From the IMG/VR virus record IMGVR_UViG_3300032093_000013: 64,000 nucleotides of DNA; one strand, 5' to 3'. Positions 29,127 through 40,900 of this stretch are shown one piece after another (position 1 is the first letter of the stretch; each line of letters opens with the position of its first letter). Source of the DNA: a virus. The position numbers and the translations under genes are program-made. Under the pieces are notes generated by a model. That model searched no databases, had not been told where the DNA came from, and saw nothing but the letters and a program-made list of their open reading frames with translations.

Positions 29127-29600
29127 TTATGCCACCAGTAGGCGGTTGGGGAATAACTGTGCCACTTGCGAATTAGTCCACCCATTCTTCTCAAATAGGT
29201 ACTCAAGATATAGGGTTTCTTCTTGCTCCCGTGCCTCAATTTCGTGTGGTTGATGCCAATAGTCGTAATTTTCAACGGGTTCTTTACCATAATACATTTT
29301 TCCACGCTTGGACCGCAGCGAACCGACTACCCATTGTCGCAGGTGGACCAGTTCGTGTAAAAGAGTTTTTATATACAACTCCTCCTCCATATGGGTCTGA
29401 AGTTCAATCAGAAACTCACGGGGACGATAGGATTCTCCCACATAGTCACAGTATCCATAAACTTCCTCACGTTTCAAACCACGATGAAGAATCTCCACCT
29501 CAATCTTATGACGGGGCAGAAACTTATTCAGAAACCAAGTGGTAACGTCCTCACAGAGGAGTTTAGAATAACCGTATCCAGAATACGTGATGTAAGACAT
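29127..29600 (-). CDS. HExxH zinc metallopeptidase-like protein (start revised to MSYITY)
   Basis: TLLHELVHLRQW and YWHQPHEIEA (third ligand E). Confidence 0.75.
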   Translation of the reverse strand: MSYITYSGYGYSKLLCEDVTTWFLNKFLPRHKIEVEILHRGLKREEVYGYCDYVGESYRPREFLIELQTHMEEELYIKTLLHELVHLRQWVVGSLRSKRGKMYYGKEPVENYDYWHQPHEIEAREQEETLYLEYLFEKNGWTNSQVAQLFPNRLLVA

Positions 29601-29734
29601 TGACCCCAGTGCAAAAACCAAACGAAAGATGAAACAAAAAGCAGTTTTTCTTTAGAAGTCATCGGGAGTTTCAATTAACTTTCCAACAATTACTGCAACA
29701 GGAACAGAAAGTAAAATCCATAAAAGTATCCAAG

Positions 29735-29968
29735 TCATCGGGCGATCACATCCAAGGATTCCAACAGCATCATCGCAAGATCCATACGATTGTCTTCATC
29801 AACCACAGGAATGTTATCATCAACAAATTCGGAAGCAAGTTGTCCAAAGAGTTCAATTGTCCGCTCATCAGAAAATACAGATGTGGCAAACTCACTCTTG
29901 AAACCATCACGCAGCAGTCGCAGAGACTTGGTGATGGTCAATTCACGGATTTCGTTAGCGTAGGTCAT
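29735..29968 (-). CDS. hypothetical protein
   Basis: Start revised to MTYANE. Confidence 0.55.
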   Translation of the reverse strand: MTYANEIRELTITKSLRLLRDGFKSEFATSVFSDERTIELFGQLASEFVDDNIPVVDEDNRMDLAMMLLESLDVIAR

Positions 29969-29997
29969 TTTAAGGAATTGTTGAGTTGGGATAAACA

Positions 29998-30429
29998 TCA
30001 GCGGGCGTAAAGGTAGGAACCTGCCCAGTCAGCATGTTGAAGCAACCATTCACGCTGCTCAATGATGCGAAGATCGTAGCGAACACCCTTGGCAGGTGCT
30101 TTCCAGGATGCAGACTTGTAGACTTGACCAGTCTTCTTGTCCACAAAAGCGTGGACAGAACGCGAACCATTCGCATTCATAATGATTTTGTGATACTTAC
30201 GACCAGTCTCAGGGTAGAAGTCATAGTCACAAGTGCCCTGCTTCAGATTCTCAATGCAAGCATCGTGATACTCTACATCAGATGTACGAAGTTGATGACT
30301 CCGAATAGAGTAATCAATGTAGTTCTGACGCAGTGCCTCACAGAGGGCATAGGTGTGCCCCAGAACAGCAGCAGCGATGTCTTTCCGTGCCTCAGCAGCA
30401 GCGGCGTAGTCAGCGAAGGTGGTGGTCAT
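29998..30429 (-). CDS. conserved phage early protein (GRKYHKI...SVHAFVDKKTG..YKSASWKAPAKGVRY)
   Basis: Start revised to MTTTFAD, downstream of the element at 30451-30508. Confidence 0.75.
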   Translation of the reverse strand: MTTTFADYAAAAEARKDIAAAVLGHTYALCEALRQNYIDYSIRSHQLRTSDVEYHDACIENLKQGTCDYDFYPETGRKYHKIIMNANGSRSVHAFVDKKTGQVYKSASWKAPAKGVRYDLRIIEQREWLLQHADWAGSYLYAR

Positions 30430-30728
30430 TGCCTGGTTGCGTATGTGCTTATTATAAGGCACCTAGGCGCCTCTCAGAGCGTCAGTATGCCAGTTCAGGA
30501 TCTGGCACCCAATAGTCATCATTCTCCAAATAACCCATCCAATCTTGTGGATCAGACTCATACAGAGCGATCTCCCGCAGTTCATCAATCAGTTCAGACA
30601 GGTCCATTGGATTGGCGTTCAACTACCTCAGTATTATAGCATAAAACCCGCCTGGTGGGGCGGGTCTTAAAGAATCCTTATAACTTCCAGTTCAACGATA
30701 CCAAAGGTATCTATACAAATTCATATTT

Positions 30729-31109
30729 TCACACAGCAAGAGCACCAGAAGGAATCTCTACACCTTCAAGGTAGGTTTCATGCCAGTCGCAAGTGTCATA
30801 GCACAACCAACCTTCTTCTTGAGTATAAACATAACCATACTCTTCACCGTTTTGAAGAAACTCACCCAGATTAGCATCAAGGCGAGGGGGGCAATCTTCA
30901 CCACGGGCACTATAATACTCGGGTTTCTTATCTTCTGCCCAGCACGTGCTCATATCACCACCGTCAATCAGGTCGGCAGCAAGTTCTTTGCTATTGTAGT
31001 GCGTCTTCAGGATGCGACCCAACCATTCGGGATACGAGTCCCAATGATGATAACTGCTCAAGATGCTTCCATCAGAAAGTTCGATTCCGATTCTTCCACG
31101 AGTTGCCAT
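30729..31109 (-). CDS. conserved phage protein (MATRGRIG...YHHWDSYPEWLG)
   Basis: Recognisable widespread phage family; own promoter element. Confidence 0.75.
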   Translation of the reverse strand: MATRGRIGIELSDGSILSSYHHWDSYPEWLGRILKTHYNSKELAADLIDGGDMSTCWAEDKKPEYYSARGEDCPPRLDANLGEFLQNGEEYGYVYTQEEGWLCYDTCDWHETYLEGVEIPSGALAV

Positions 31110-31192
31110 TGAGGTGTCTGTCGATTACCCACATATTATAAGGGGTCTCCCAGCGAACCAGGAGACCCCTTGTGCCAGTTTTCTAACTGTCC

Positions 31193-31405
31193 TCAGTCAT
31201 CATACACTCTACACTCTAATGCATCAGGATTGGCATCACAATAAAGTTCCAGTGGTGTAGGATCGTGAGAGTCTTCAGGATGGTGTTCTTTATATGTTTT
31301 AAGTGCTTCTAGTTCTTCTTCAGTATGTCTCCTTGATTGTGGAGAAATAGTTGGGTCACTCAAAAGGTCCTCGTCCTTTTGAATATGTTGATCGATGTTA
31401 TCCAT
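31193..31405 (-). CDS. cp12: CP12 Calvin-cycle inhibitor (cyanophage type; start revised to MDNIDQHIQKD)
   Basis: C-terminal LELYCDANPDALECRVYDD CP12 signature; no N-terminal Cys pair. Confidence 0.88.
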   Translation of the reverse strand: MDNIDQHIQKDEDLLSDPTISPQSRRHTEEELEALKTYKEHHPEDSHDPTPLELYCDANPDALECRVYDD

Positions 31406-31433
31406 AGTTTTGTAACGTGATGACATATTTATT

Positions 31434-34400
31434 TTATTTTGGTGAGTTATCCTCTTTACCTTCAAGAGAACGAACCATCAATTCAGTGAATTTTTCCATT
31501 TTTTCGGCAGAAACTGTCTGCGGAGCATATGTAATTGCATCTTTCAGTGCTATAAGTTCGCTCCATTCTTCTTTTGTAAGAATTTCAGGTCCAGTTTTTG
31601 CTAGAGTCATAGGTTTTTTGCGGTGTGTCCCAATATTAGCATTTCAATACATTACTATCTAGAAGTTTAATATTTTCTTCGGGATTGGGTTACATTACTT
31701 AATGAAGTCGTCAAGTGCATCAAGATCATCTTGCAAATCCTTCTCCCTCTTCTTATCGTGATAATAAGACCACAGAGCATTATGTACATCCATCAGGTGA
31801 TCAATCCAGAAACCAGCAGGATAAACACCTAGAGCATCTTGAAGACCACGATGGCTCGTTCCTTCACTTTCTGCCTTACACATAATGTAGCAGATTGCCT
31901 GAACCATATCAAGTTTGTCTGATTCAGAAAGCATAAAATACTTTCCTACTGCTCGTTGCTTTGCTTCTTCAGATTCTTTCTGAAGTTGCTTACAGGCATC
32001 AGAGTCCCACCATTCTTGCCAAGAGTTTTTCTTTTCAGTCATCTTTTCCAAAGATAGTTCCAAAGAAACCAGAGTCACCTGGTTTACGGTTTTCTAATTT
32101 ATCAAGAAGAGAATCAGTTGTTTGAAGTGTTTCAATACGATGAATAAGATCTGCAATCACACTACAAACCATTGGACGTTCTTGACGCGCAGCATATGAA
32201 AGAGCATTACGCAGAGATTGTTCCGCTTCCTTCAAAGATTCTTCTACTGATTGTGATAGTGCCATTACTTAATTTCTCCTTTCAATAAATTATGATAACG
32301 TAATACCTCTGGATTTTCAAGGTCTTTACATCGTGGATAGAAGATACCATCACGATAGCAGGCATCTTCTGGACTTGGTTGATAGTATTTCATTGCTTGT
32401 GGTTGCGAATCTCTAAAGTTGCAGAGTTCTCCCTGCATTTTCATAAAATTATCAAAACAAAGTCCAGCAACAAATGGAGCGATAAATTCAAGACCATACA
32501 TCATTTAAATCTAAACGTTTCAGTGTGTTTTTGCAAAAGATAAGAATCATCACCCTGATTCACCCACTCAACAATATCACCTTCTTTCAGATTTGCTGCT
32601 TCTAGAAGATCATCGGGAAATGTTACGCAGTAAATATCTTCATCAGTGTCTTCATCTCGGACTTCTTCAACTGGAAGAACCCACTTCTTTACCTTATCTT
32701 TTTTTACTTCTGGGGTCCAATCGTATCCACCCTCTTTACGAATGTCTTCAACTTCTTTTTGAAGATTGATATTATTTGTAGTATATTTTTGATATTCTTC
32801 TGGGTAATAATTCTCTTCCCAGAAATCATTCCAGGATTTTTGACACTCTGGAGATTTATCGTCTTTATCACATTGAAGAATTGAACTATCTTCTACGGGA
32901 CGATGACCACTCAGAAGTTCCAGAAGTCCAGAAGCACGACTAATACAGTCTTTATGGTAATAATACTCTTCACGAACTGCTTCACGAATCGCAGAATAGA
33001 TTTCGTGCGGTGAAGCATCACTATTCATCGCATCGTGAACCCACTCTTGAAGTTTTTCAAGCGAATACTTTTTGTAATCAGAGGTCATTGAGGTAGTCTT
33101 TGATTGCTTGTTCCATAATAACCTGAATCTCCTTGGAAGTCAACCCATTCAACCACTTCCAATTTGGGTCTTCCTTGTCCCATCCCATTGTATAAGACCC
33201 ATCTTCATTTTGTGTTATCTTAAGACTATCAGCATTCATCGCAGTCAGTATCCTTATGTTTCTTACGAATTTTTTTAAGTTGTTTCAGTTCTTCCTTAAT
33301 CATCTTATAAGCAGTTTCAGAGTCAATCTTATCACCCAACTCAAGGGCAACAATAATATCTACTCGGGTACCAAAATGTGCGAGTGCTTTTTCAAAACAG
33401 TCTAAATCATACATCGTAATTAATCCTACAGTGTTCGGCAAGAATATCTATACGGGCGTCAAGAGAATTCTCAAGACGATAAATTTCATTTGTTAGTTCT
33501 ACGTTTTCTTCCTCTAGTTTGCTGACTTTATCCTCAAGAGCAGCAAGTCTTTCATATACTTCATCCATAGGAACTTCTGGTTTAAGTCCCCACTTCTTAT
33601 GAAACCAATATGAATCACTCATAATACACCAACCTCTTTCAAATAGTTTCTATATCGCATAAAACGATTCCAGTTTGGTTGCCCCTGGACATTTAATTGA
33701 TAGCAGATTTCACAATAACACAACCACTCATACCAAGGTGTGGTAGGATCTAATACGTGATATGGATAATCAGAGTTTTCCACCTACTTCCGACTCATAA
33801 GTTTTGGATTCAGAGAAACCTTCCTGCCGTCCTTTAAGATAAAAACGGGTCGCTGAGATACACTGCTCTTCAGTGAGAGATGTGATAAGTCCGTTACCAT
33901 CTTTGTCAGTCGAATACCAGAGTCCATACTTTTTTTCATCAACATAAAAAGCATCATCAATTAGTTTCTTTTCCATTTGTTTTATTCTTCAAATTTGTAA
34001 CTCAATTTGATGTCTTTCTTTTTCAAACTATATCGATCGATATGCTTTTTACGATGGTCTTCAGATTGAAAATAGCACTTACGGGTTTCATTTCCGTCTT
34101 TATACACAAGTTTCCAGGGAAACTGATCAAAGGGAAATTCTTCGGAGTAGTCCATCAGGTAGGTTGTTCAACACGTTGAGTATACACGGAATCAAACAGT
34201 TCGTCAAGTACCTCACCACACTCATCGTAGGTTTTTGGATCAAATACACTCCACTCTTGATACCGACGAACGGCAGTGTAGATCAATCTATATTGTTCAG
34301 AGGTAAAGTTCATTAGTCGTAAAGATTTTGCTCCTGTTGTATTTTATCTAGGTAGTGGTAGATCGTTGCTTTTGAGTACTCAAACTCCTCAAATCGTTGT

Positions 34401-35569
34401 GGTTTTTTCTTCTCCATCTTGGTGAGCATATTCACCCAGTCATAATGACTATTCACCACCCATCCATAATGATGGTCGTCACATAATAACTTGAACATTA
34501 CTTGAACCCCTTACTTTTCTTTTTGTCTAATACTTCAACGTGACTCAAAAAGTGCCCACCATTTTGAAACCAGGTGAGTTGAACATCCTCATAGTTATCA
34601 AAGATGACCTCTTTACCATCTTCATAAACTAACTTATAATCGTGGCGATCATAAGGTTTATCAGATGTTTGTTTAAAGTATTCTGGTGATGAGGAGTCAA
34701 TAAGTTGAGTCATTTCAGATAATGAGGTTTTTCAGATTCAAATGTTACCCACTTTGCCATTTTAAGGCACATCAGCAAAGTTTGGTGTTCACGGTTATAC
34801 AGTTCCCAATCTTGTTTGAGTTTCGCAGCATACCTACGACGATAGGCACAGCACCAGACGTTATAGAATATCTTGTCTTTTTCAGTCATAATGGGAATAC
34901 CTCCACATCACTAATCGTGGCACTTTTACATTTATAATAAGTTGTGAGTTGCTGAGCAGTCATCTCACTATTTGCAAGAAACTGTATTTTTACAGTTGCA
35001 CCATCCACAAGAGATGATAAGATCACCGCATACTTATTCATCATTATCATCCCAAGGTGCTTTACGATTCATCAGTTCTTTAATTCTTTCCACCACAGCA
35101 GGGTCTTGTGGTTCATTGATTCGTCGCACAAGTTCATCATATGCTTCTGCGGATACAATAATCCTTTCTGGTTCTTGTCCCAATCTCAACCTGCGTTCTG
35201 GACTGATGGTTAGATTGTAAGGGTCATCATAAGGATAGATGTATTCCTGAAACCATCCAATACTCAAACTCTCCCAGAACTCACCATAACCCCATTCATC
35301 ACCGTCATCATAACAGTCAAGAATATACAGGACATTACGAAATCCATCAAGGAAAAGTTCCCATTTTGTTGGGTTTTCAAATCTCACGGCGTTTCATCAC
35401 TCCACCAATAAGATAGTTTATCACCATAAGCAGAAATATTCAAGTGGTAGATTTTGCCATCTTTGGTATAAACTCCCACCCATAGAGTGCGTTCATTCAT
35501 ACTTTCAAGGTGAAACATCTCCACATCTTTCAGCACGATTTCATCTGGGTTTTCAGTAAATCTACTCAT
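31434..35569 (-). CDS. run of small hypothetical ORFs (31434-31610, 31695-32042, 32035-32265, 32265-32504, 33078-33239, 33229-33414, 33407-33622, 33770-33976, 34313-34498, 34498-34713, 34710-34889, 35034-35387, 35384-35569)
   Basis: Translationally coupled, co-oriented ORFs from the track plus manual translation. Confidence 0.6.
32501..33088 (-). CDS. protein with C-terminal AbrB/MazE-like domain
   Basis: YCVTFPDDLLEAANLKEGDIVEWVNQGDDSYLLQK. Confidence 0.6.
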   Translation of the reverse strand: MTSDYKKYSLEKLQEWVHDAMNSDASPHEIYSAIREAVREEYYYHKDCISRASGLLELLSGHRPVEDSSILQCDKDDKSPECQKSWNDFWEENYYPEEYQKYTTNNINLQKEVEDIRKEGGYDWTPEVKKDKVKKWVLPVEEVRDEDTDEDIYCVTFPDDLLEAANLKEGDIVEWVNQGDDSYLLQKHTETFRFK

Positions 35570-36281
35570 TACTCTTCCTCACTCGTTCAAGAAATGTAAT
35601 TGATTGTTGATAAAGTGCCTCAATCAAGTTCTCAATATCACTAATCGCAATCTCATTATACTCACGATTGAGATATTCACAACGAATAGCATCAATCATA
35701 GATTGTAGAGTAATCATTTGTTGTTGCTCTGGAGTGATTGGTGTGCCGTGAGGAAGTCCAGAACATTCCAGATTGTAGTAATCATTATACCGTCGCAGGA
35801 CAGTATCACTTCGTTCTTTGCGTTCCCATTCTTCTTTTTCAATTTCAGCAAGTTTCAACATAGTATTGACGTTCTCTTCATAGAGATGTTTATCAAGAGC
35901 ATCAAGTGCCTTGCGTTCTGATTCACGACGCTCTGCCTCCTCAAACATTTCATCCGGGTATGGTTCTTGATTGTTCATAAGTTCTAGAACTTTCTGGTAA
36001 TCTTCTTCGGATACTTTTGCTTCAATTGGTTCAGTCATTTTGATTTCAAGTTTAATTTCAGGTGCTTTGGTTCCAGTAGTAAGAGTTTCAAGAGTTGGAG
36101 CAGGCATACGGGATGTTTCCTTACCGTTTGTATAGAAGATTAAGTCCTTGTTCATAAGTTCTCTCAACTTCTGTTTACCGTATTCCGTTAATTCTTTCTT
36201 TGATTTTCTCAATTCATCCAATTCACTTTGAGATAGATTTAAATGAGGCAAATCATCAGGAACTGGAAGATTATCAGTCAT
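35562..36281 (-). CDS. hypothetical protein, possibly a fusion of modules
   Basis: 239 aa; internal in-frame ATGACTGA at 36031-36038. Confidence 0.6.
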   Translation of the reverse strand: MTDNLPVPDDLPHLNLSQSELDELRKSKKELTEYGKQKLRELMNKDLIFYTNGKETSRMPAPTLETLTTGTKAPEIKLEIKMTEPIEAKVSEEDYQKVLELMNNQEPYPDEMFEEAERRESERKALDALDKHLYEENVNTMLKLAEIEKEEWERKERSDTVLRRYNDYYNLECSGLPHGTPITPEQQQMITLQSMIDAIRCEYLNREYNEIAISDIENLIEALYQQSITFLERVRKSNE

Positions 36282-36361
36282 AAGATTTTTGTTTCATAAA
36301 GTCATTATACAACAAAGGGCACCAGATTTCAAGTGCCCCTGTTCCAGTTTGCAAAGTGTCC

Positions 36362-37120
36362 TTATGATACTCTTACTCTTTTAGAAGTGTCTATATTTTT
36401 TGATTTTTGATATCTCGTAAGTCCTCCTGGATTAGAAATAAATCCAGTTTCAATACACATCCATTTTTGATTTCCTACATTTTTTCCACTAACTTTTCCA
36501 CCATTTCTAGCATTTTCAATTCTCTGTTGTTTAGTAAATCCGTGTATTCCTAATCCGAGTTCTTTTACTTTATTTCCACCTTTTCTACCATCTTCACGAA
36601 TTTGTTCTTTTGTTTTTCCGTGTATTCCTATACAAAGTTCCTGTTGTGTTTTAGCACCTTTTCTACCATCTTCACTCATTTTTTCTTTTGTTCTTGAATG
36701 AACTCCCACTCCAAGTTCATATGCCTTTTTACCATTTTCAATTCTTTTTTCCAAAGAAACATTGTAAAGTCCTGTATTATTATTTTTATGAGTTTCTGCT
36801 GCTTTTTTTCCTGCTGCTTTGAGTATTTTTAGTGATAAAATACCATTACAATTTTCATTCAAACACCAATTATCGTTAAGAAAAGGTCTAATTATTCTTT
36901 TTTCAACTTCTTGTGCTTCTAACCAACTTTCGTCAGTATAATCAAAAACTTCAAGTATTTGTTTCTTTGGAGTATAAAATTTCCAACACCATTTATGAGT
37001 TATAGGAGTTCCCCAATATTCTTCGTTGTAATATTTTTCCTTATGAACCCCATAATAATAATATGGAACTTCTTCAAAAGTAATTTTGTATAAGTATATT
37101 CTTGGACTTTGTGAAGTCAT
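36362..37120 (-). CDS. free-standing GIY-YIG (Seg-like) homing endonuclease with GRKGG repeats
   Basis: IYLYKIT..YYYYGVH, YWGTP, AQEVEKRII, CLNEN; repeated GIHG..KE....GRKGG. Confidence 0.7.
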   Translation of the reverse strand: MTSQSPRIYLYKITFEEVPYYYYGVHKEKYYNEEYWGTPITHKWCWKFYTPKKQILEVFDYTDESWLEAQEVEKRIIRPFLNDNWCLNENCNGILSLKILKAAGKKAAETHKNNNTGLYNVSLEKRIENGKKAYELGVGVHSRTKEKMSEDGRKGAKTQQELCIGIHGKTKEQIREDGRKGGNKVKELGLGIHGFTKQQRIENARNGGKVSGKNVGNQKWMCIETGFISNPGGLTRYQKSKNIDTSKRVRVS

Positions 37121-37130
37121 CGTAATCTTA

Positions 37131-37206
37131 TTGAAACCGCATTAGTATTTATAATAGAAAAGGTGCCCGAAAGCACCTAATCCGTCCGTAGAGATTGCGG
37201 TTTCAA
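37131..37206 (-). promoter_or_regulatory. late promoter, terminator and RBS-sequestering inverted repeat
   Basis: IR 37131-37141/37196-37206; TATAAATA 37146-37153; UUCG hairpin 37161-37178 followed by a U-rich tract. Confidence 0.75.
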
Positions 37207-37222
37207 CAGACATTTTTATTTA

Positions 37223-37999
37223 TTACCTTAATTTCTCCCGCATAAGTTTCAGACACTCGTTCCATTTATAAGAGTTAGTATCGTGTTCTTTCGGCAACCA
37301 TTCGGCAACAATACTACAAATATGCTCCCTATCAACATTAGAATAGGGGTCAAGATTAGCAAAAAGAGTAGTAGGTTTTGGTTTATAATAATCATCTTCT
37401 CTTACCTTCTCTTCATATGCTGCCTGAAAACCTGCTTGAAACCCCTTCCACCTCATATCATCATACTCGGAATCAGTTTCTAATTCAGGATATTGCCCCC
37501 CCCAATCTTTGTATGCTTCTTCTACTGGTGATTTGTGTTCATCAACCACATCATCATACTTTTCCTTCTTCACATCATTAAACCAAAGTCCTTCAAGAAG
37601 TCGTTCAGTTTCTTTATCAGTCACCATCACAAGTCTTGAAGCATTATCCCAGAAATCCTCTTCTTTTTCTCTTCTCCACCACACAACATACCCATACTCA
37701 TCAGTATATTCAATACGATAATAAGTTTTCTTATTATAAGAGACAATATGAACTTCACCAGATTTTTCTGCTTCCATTCTTGGTTGAGATTTATGTGTCT
37801 CAATCTCTTTGAGAAGTTCCAGTTTCTTTTGAAGCACTTTGATTTCTGCTTCTGTCTTTTCAATATCAGATTTGTAAGTCATTTGTTTAAGATAAGGAGT
37901 AGCATCCATCACACCATCTTTGATTGCTTGTCTAAAGGCATCACGCAATCCATCGGCAACTTGCTCTGGTGTTTGTGGTTTTGGTTGATATTCAGTCAT
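37223..37999 (-). CDS. hypothetical protein (start revised to MTEYQP)
   Basis: Begins at the ATGACTGA linker overlapping the upstream stop. Confidence 0.65.
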   Translation of the reverse strand: MTEYQPKPQTPEQVADGLRDAFRQAIKDGVMDATPYLKQMTYKSDIEKTEAEIKVLQKKLELLKEIETHKSQPRMEAEKSGEVHIVSYNKKTYYRIEYTDEYGYVVWWRREKEEDFWDNASRLVMVTDKETERLLEGLWFNDVKKEKYDDVVDEHKSPVEEAYKDWGGQYPELETDSEYDDMRWKGFQAGFQAAYEEKVREDDYYKPKPTTLFANLDPYSNVDREHICSIVAEWLPKEHDTNSYKWNECLKLMREKLR

Positions 38000-40900
38000 T
38001 TTCAGTTCCTTCAACATACTTTTGTGCGTTGAGTGTTCTCCACATTACAATCTGTTCAAAGCATTCTCCAAGATTGCGACAAACGAAACTGTCTTCATCC
38101 ACCCCATCTGGACCATCCCAGATTGTAGCAGTGCATCCCTTTGTGGGATGTGAAGTAATAGTGATTTCAATCTTCATTATTCGTCAGTCCTACTTCAAGT
38201 CCTTCCATTCTTCCCATATTATAACCCATTTCGTGGATTTTTAGGGCAAACTCAACCATTTGTTTTTTGGTTGAAGAAAAATACTCTATTCCCTCATAAT
38301 CATCAACCAATACTTCAAGATGCTTTTCAGCGAGGTTAAGGATTTGTTCGTCAGTCATCAGGTGTCTGTGTGTATGAAAGTATTATACGACAAAGGGCAC
38401 CCGTTTTCAAGTGCCCCTGTGCCAGTTCTTCAAGTGTCCTTCTCTACCTCTTTTTCCAGTTGCTTATAAAGAGCATATTCGTATCCACACAAAAATGCAC
38501 TTTCCACCCAACTGATAAGAATTTGTTTCCTTTGGTTCTCATCCTCAATTTTTATGTCGTCCATAAAGTATTCATACCGATATGTAAATCGTCCATAAAA
38601 ATCTTCATAAAACCACTTGTTAAATGAAAGTTGAGCATCTTCTTGGGGGTCAAGATATTCATTAGCAGGATGTTTCATAGGTCTAATGGTTGTTGGGGGT
38701 CTCTTTTCCAAGTTTCCTTATAAGTAATCCACCGTTCCACACCAATTTCTTGTTGAGCAACCCAGTGTATTCCATTCTCATCAATCGCATCAAGATGATG
38801 AACACCAGTCTTGGGGCAGATGACTCTGGATACTTGTGTGAATTTTAGTTTGTTAGTCATTCTTCCAAACTCTTAATACATTTTTGAATCAGGTCATTCC
38901 ACCTCTTTGGAGTAAGTTTTTCATTAGCAGTTGAGGACCTGAATGGATACTTATACCAATAAAGTCTAAAGTTTTCACTTGGGATTTCAAAGTTAGGTTT
39001 ATCCATTTCATCTTCTTCATCACCCCAATAATAAGGACGGATGATAAAGAAATCGTTGGAGAAATGTGGAGTGTATCCATAATCTTTTTCTCCTGTCTTT
39101 TCTGTGATCGCATCAATCAGGATTTGGAATGGACCACCCATCCATTTCTCACGAGGAACACTATATTCCTCTGTGGGATTTCCAAATAACATTTGCCCAA
39201 GTTCAAGTTCAGTCATTTTCTTTCATACAAGGGTATTCAAAAGTTTCACCGATTTGTTCTAATAGAGTGCGGGCAAGGTGAATTTCACCGTAATCAATAC
39301 CCTCCGCAAAGGCATCATCATAACTACCAGCACTTGGAGTATAATCATCTCCATATACATCATAGCAGTGTTTTACCTCTGCGTATTCTTTGAGAACCTT
39401 GAGGAGAAGTGTGAGTTTTTGTTCGTTAGTCATAAGTTTTCACAATAGAACATTGTTCATAACCCTTATTGTATCCATCTTCATGAATTGCAAGGGCAAA
39501 CTTCAAGAGTTGTTCTTCCCAACACTCCCAGAAGTTTTCTTTCTCACCAGTGAAATCATCAAATCCACAGGTTTTAGCAAGTTCAAGTATTTGTTCGTTA
39601 GTCATAATTCATACTCATAATACGGTTGATTGCTGTTTTGTTTGCTTCTGGATTAGGAACATCTTTCAGTGAAGTAAGAACTTCCTCAATAGTTTCTTTA
39701 CGAATTGCAAGGGCAAACTTCAAAAGGTTTTCTGGTTTGTTTTCATCAATAGGATGAATTGCGAGAAAATGAGAAGCAAGTTTTAGAAGTTCTTCGTCTT
39801 TCATCGGTTGGTTGCTTATGAGAGTATTATAAGGCATTTTCAGGGACTTTGGGGAGTCCTTGTGCCAGTTCAAAAATTGTCCCACACCTCAAAGGTAATT
39901 CTTCTTGTGCGACTTGAATGGTCTATATTCATATTCATAGAATATACTTGTGCCTCTTTGTTTTTTAACTTTTCTGCAATTTGTAAGAAACCATCATTCA
40001 AACTCTCATTATCATAACAGGTGAGTTTTGTGATTGGAATAGTAGAAGTATCCCGAAGTTCTTCCAGTTCTTCTGCGTATGACTTTTCACCCTTATAATA
40101 ATCTGGTTTTGGTTCTTCTTTCTTTCCGTAGAGTTCTTCATATTTTTGTAGGAGAGGATTAGTCATAATAAGTGTTTGCGTGTCCGTAGTTCAAATAATA
40201 CCAGAACAATTCTCTCATTCTTTCTTCATCTTCAAATCCGTGAATATGGTTCCACATATGATTACTCCAAGAATACACACAATACTCAAAGAGATGAATT
40301 GAAGTATAGATGTTCCATTTCTTCCAAGTGTCTTTCTTGTTAGTCATTTCTTACACCGATGTAATGGAATACGAAGAAACTGAAAGAACCTTCCAATATA
40401 TCCTATCATATCTCCGCATTTAGGACAACGATAAGATGGGTGGGTCATTCTTTATCACCAAAATGTTCAAGTAAAGCACGAGCAAGTCCTCTTACGATTT
40501 CTTCATCATACCACCAATCCATACCATCACTCAAATAACCTTCAATAAATCCATCAAGTTCTTCATCTGTTGGTTTAGTCATTTCAATCCAATCAGTTTA
40601 GCAAAATCAGGAGTGATAGTAAGGTTTTGTTCTCTTACAAGATTACGAACTTCTTTACGGAGATGAAGATACTTATCTCGGTATTCTGTGAGATACTTTT
40701 GTGCTCGGTTCTTTTCATCAAAGTCCTTTTGGTGCTCGTAAGTTCTGGTTTCGTAGTATCTCATTTCTCATCCACCTTTGGTGTTTTACCTTTACACCAA
40801 ATAGTATGAAGTTCATCAACACGATTTTCCCAAATCATAGTATCTACAATATAGTCATATGGGGTTTCATAAGTGTCTTCATACACTTCTCTAATGAAGA

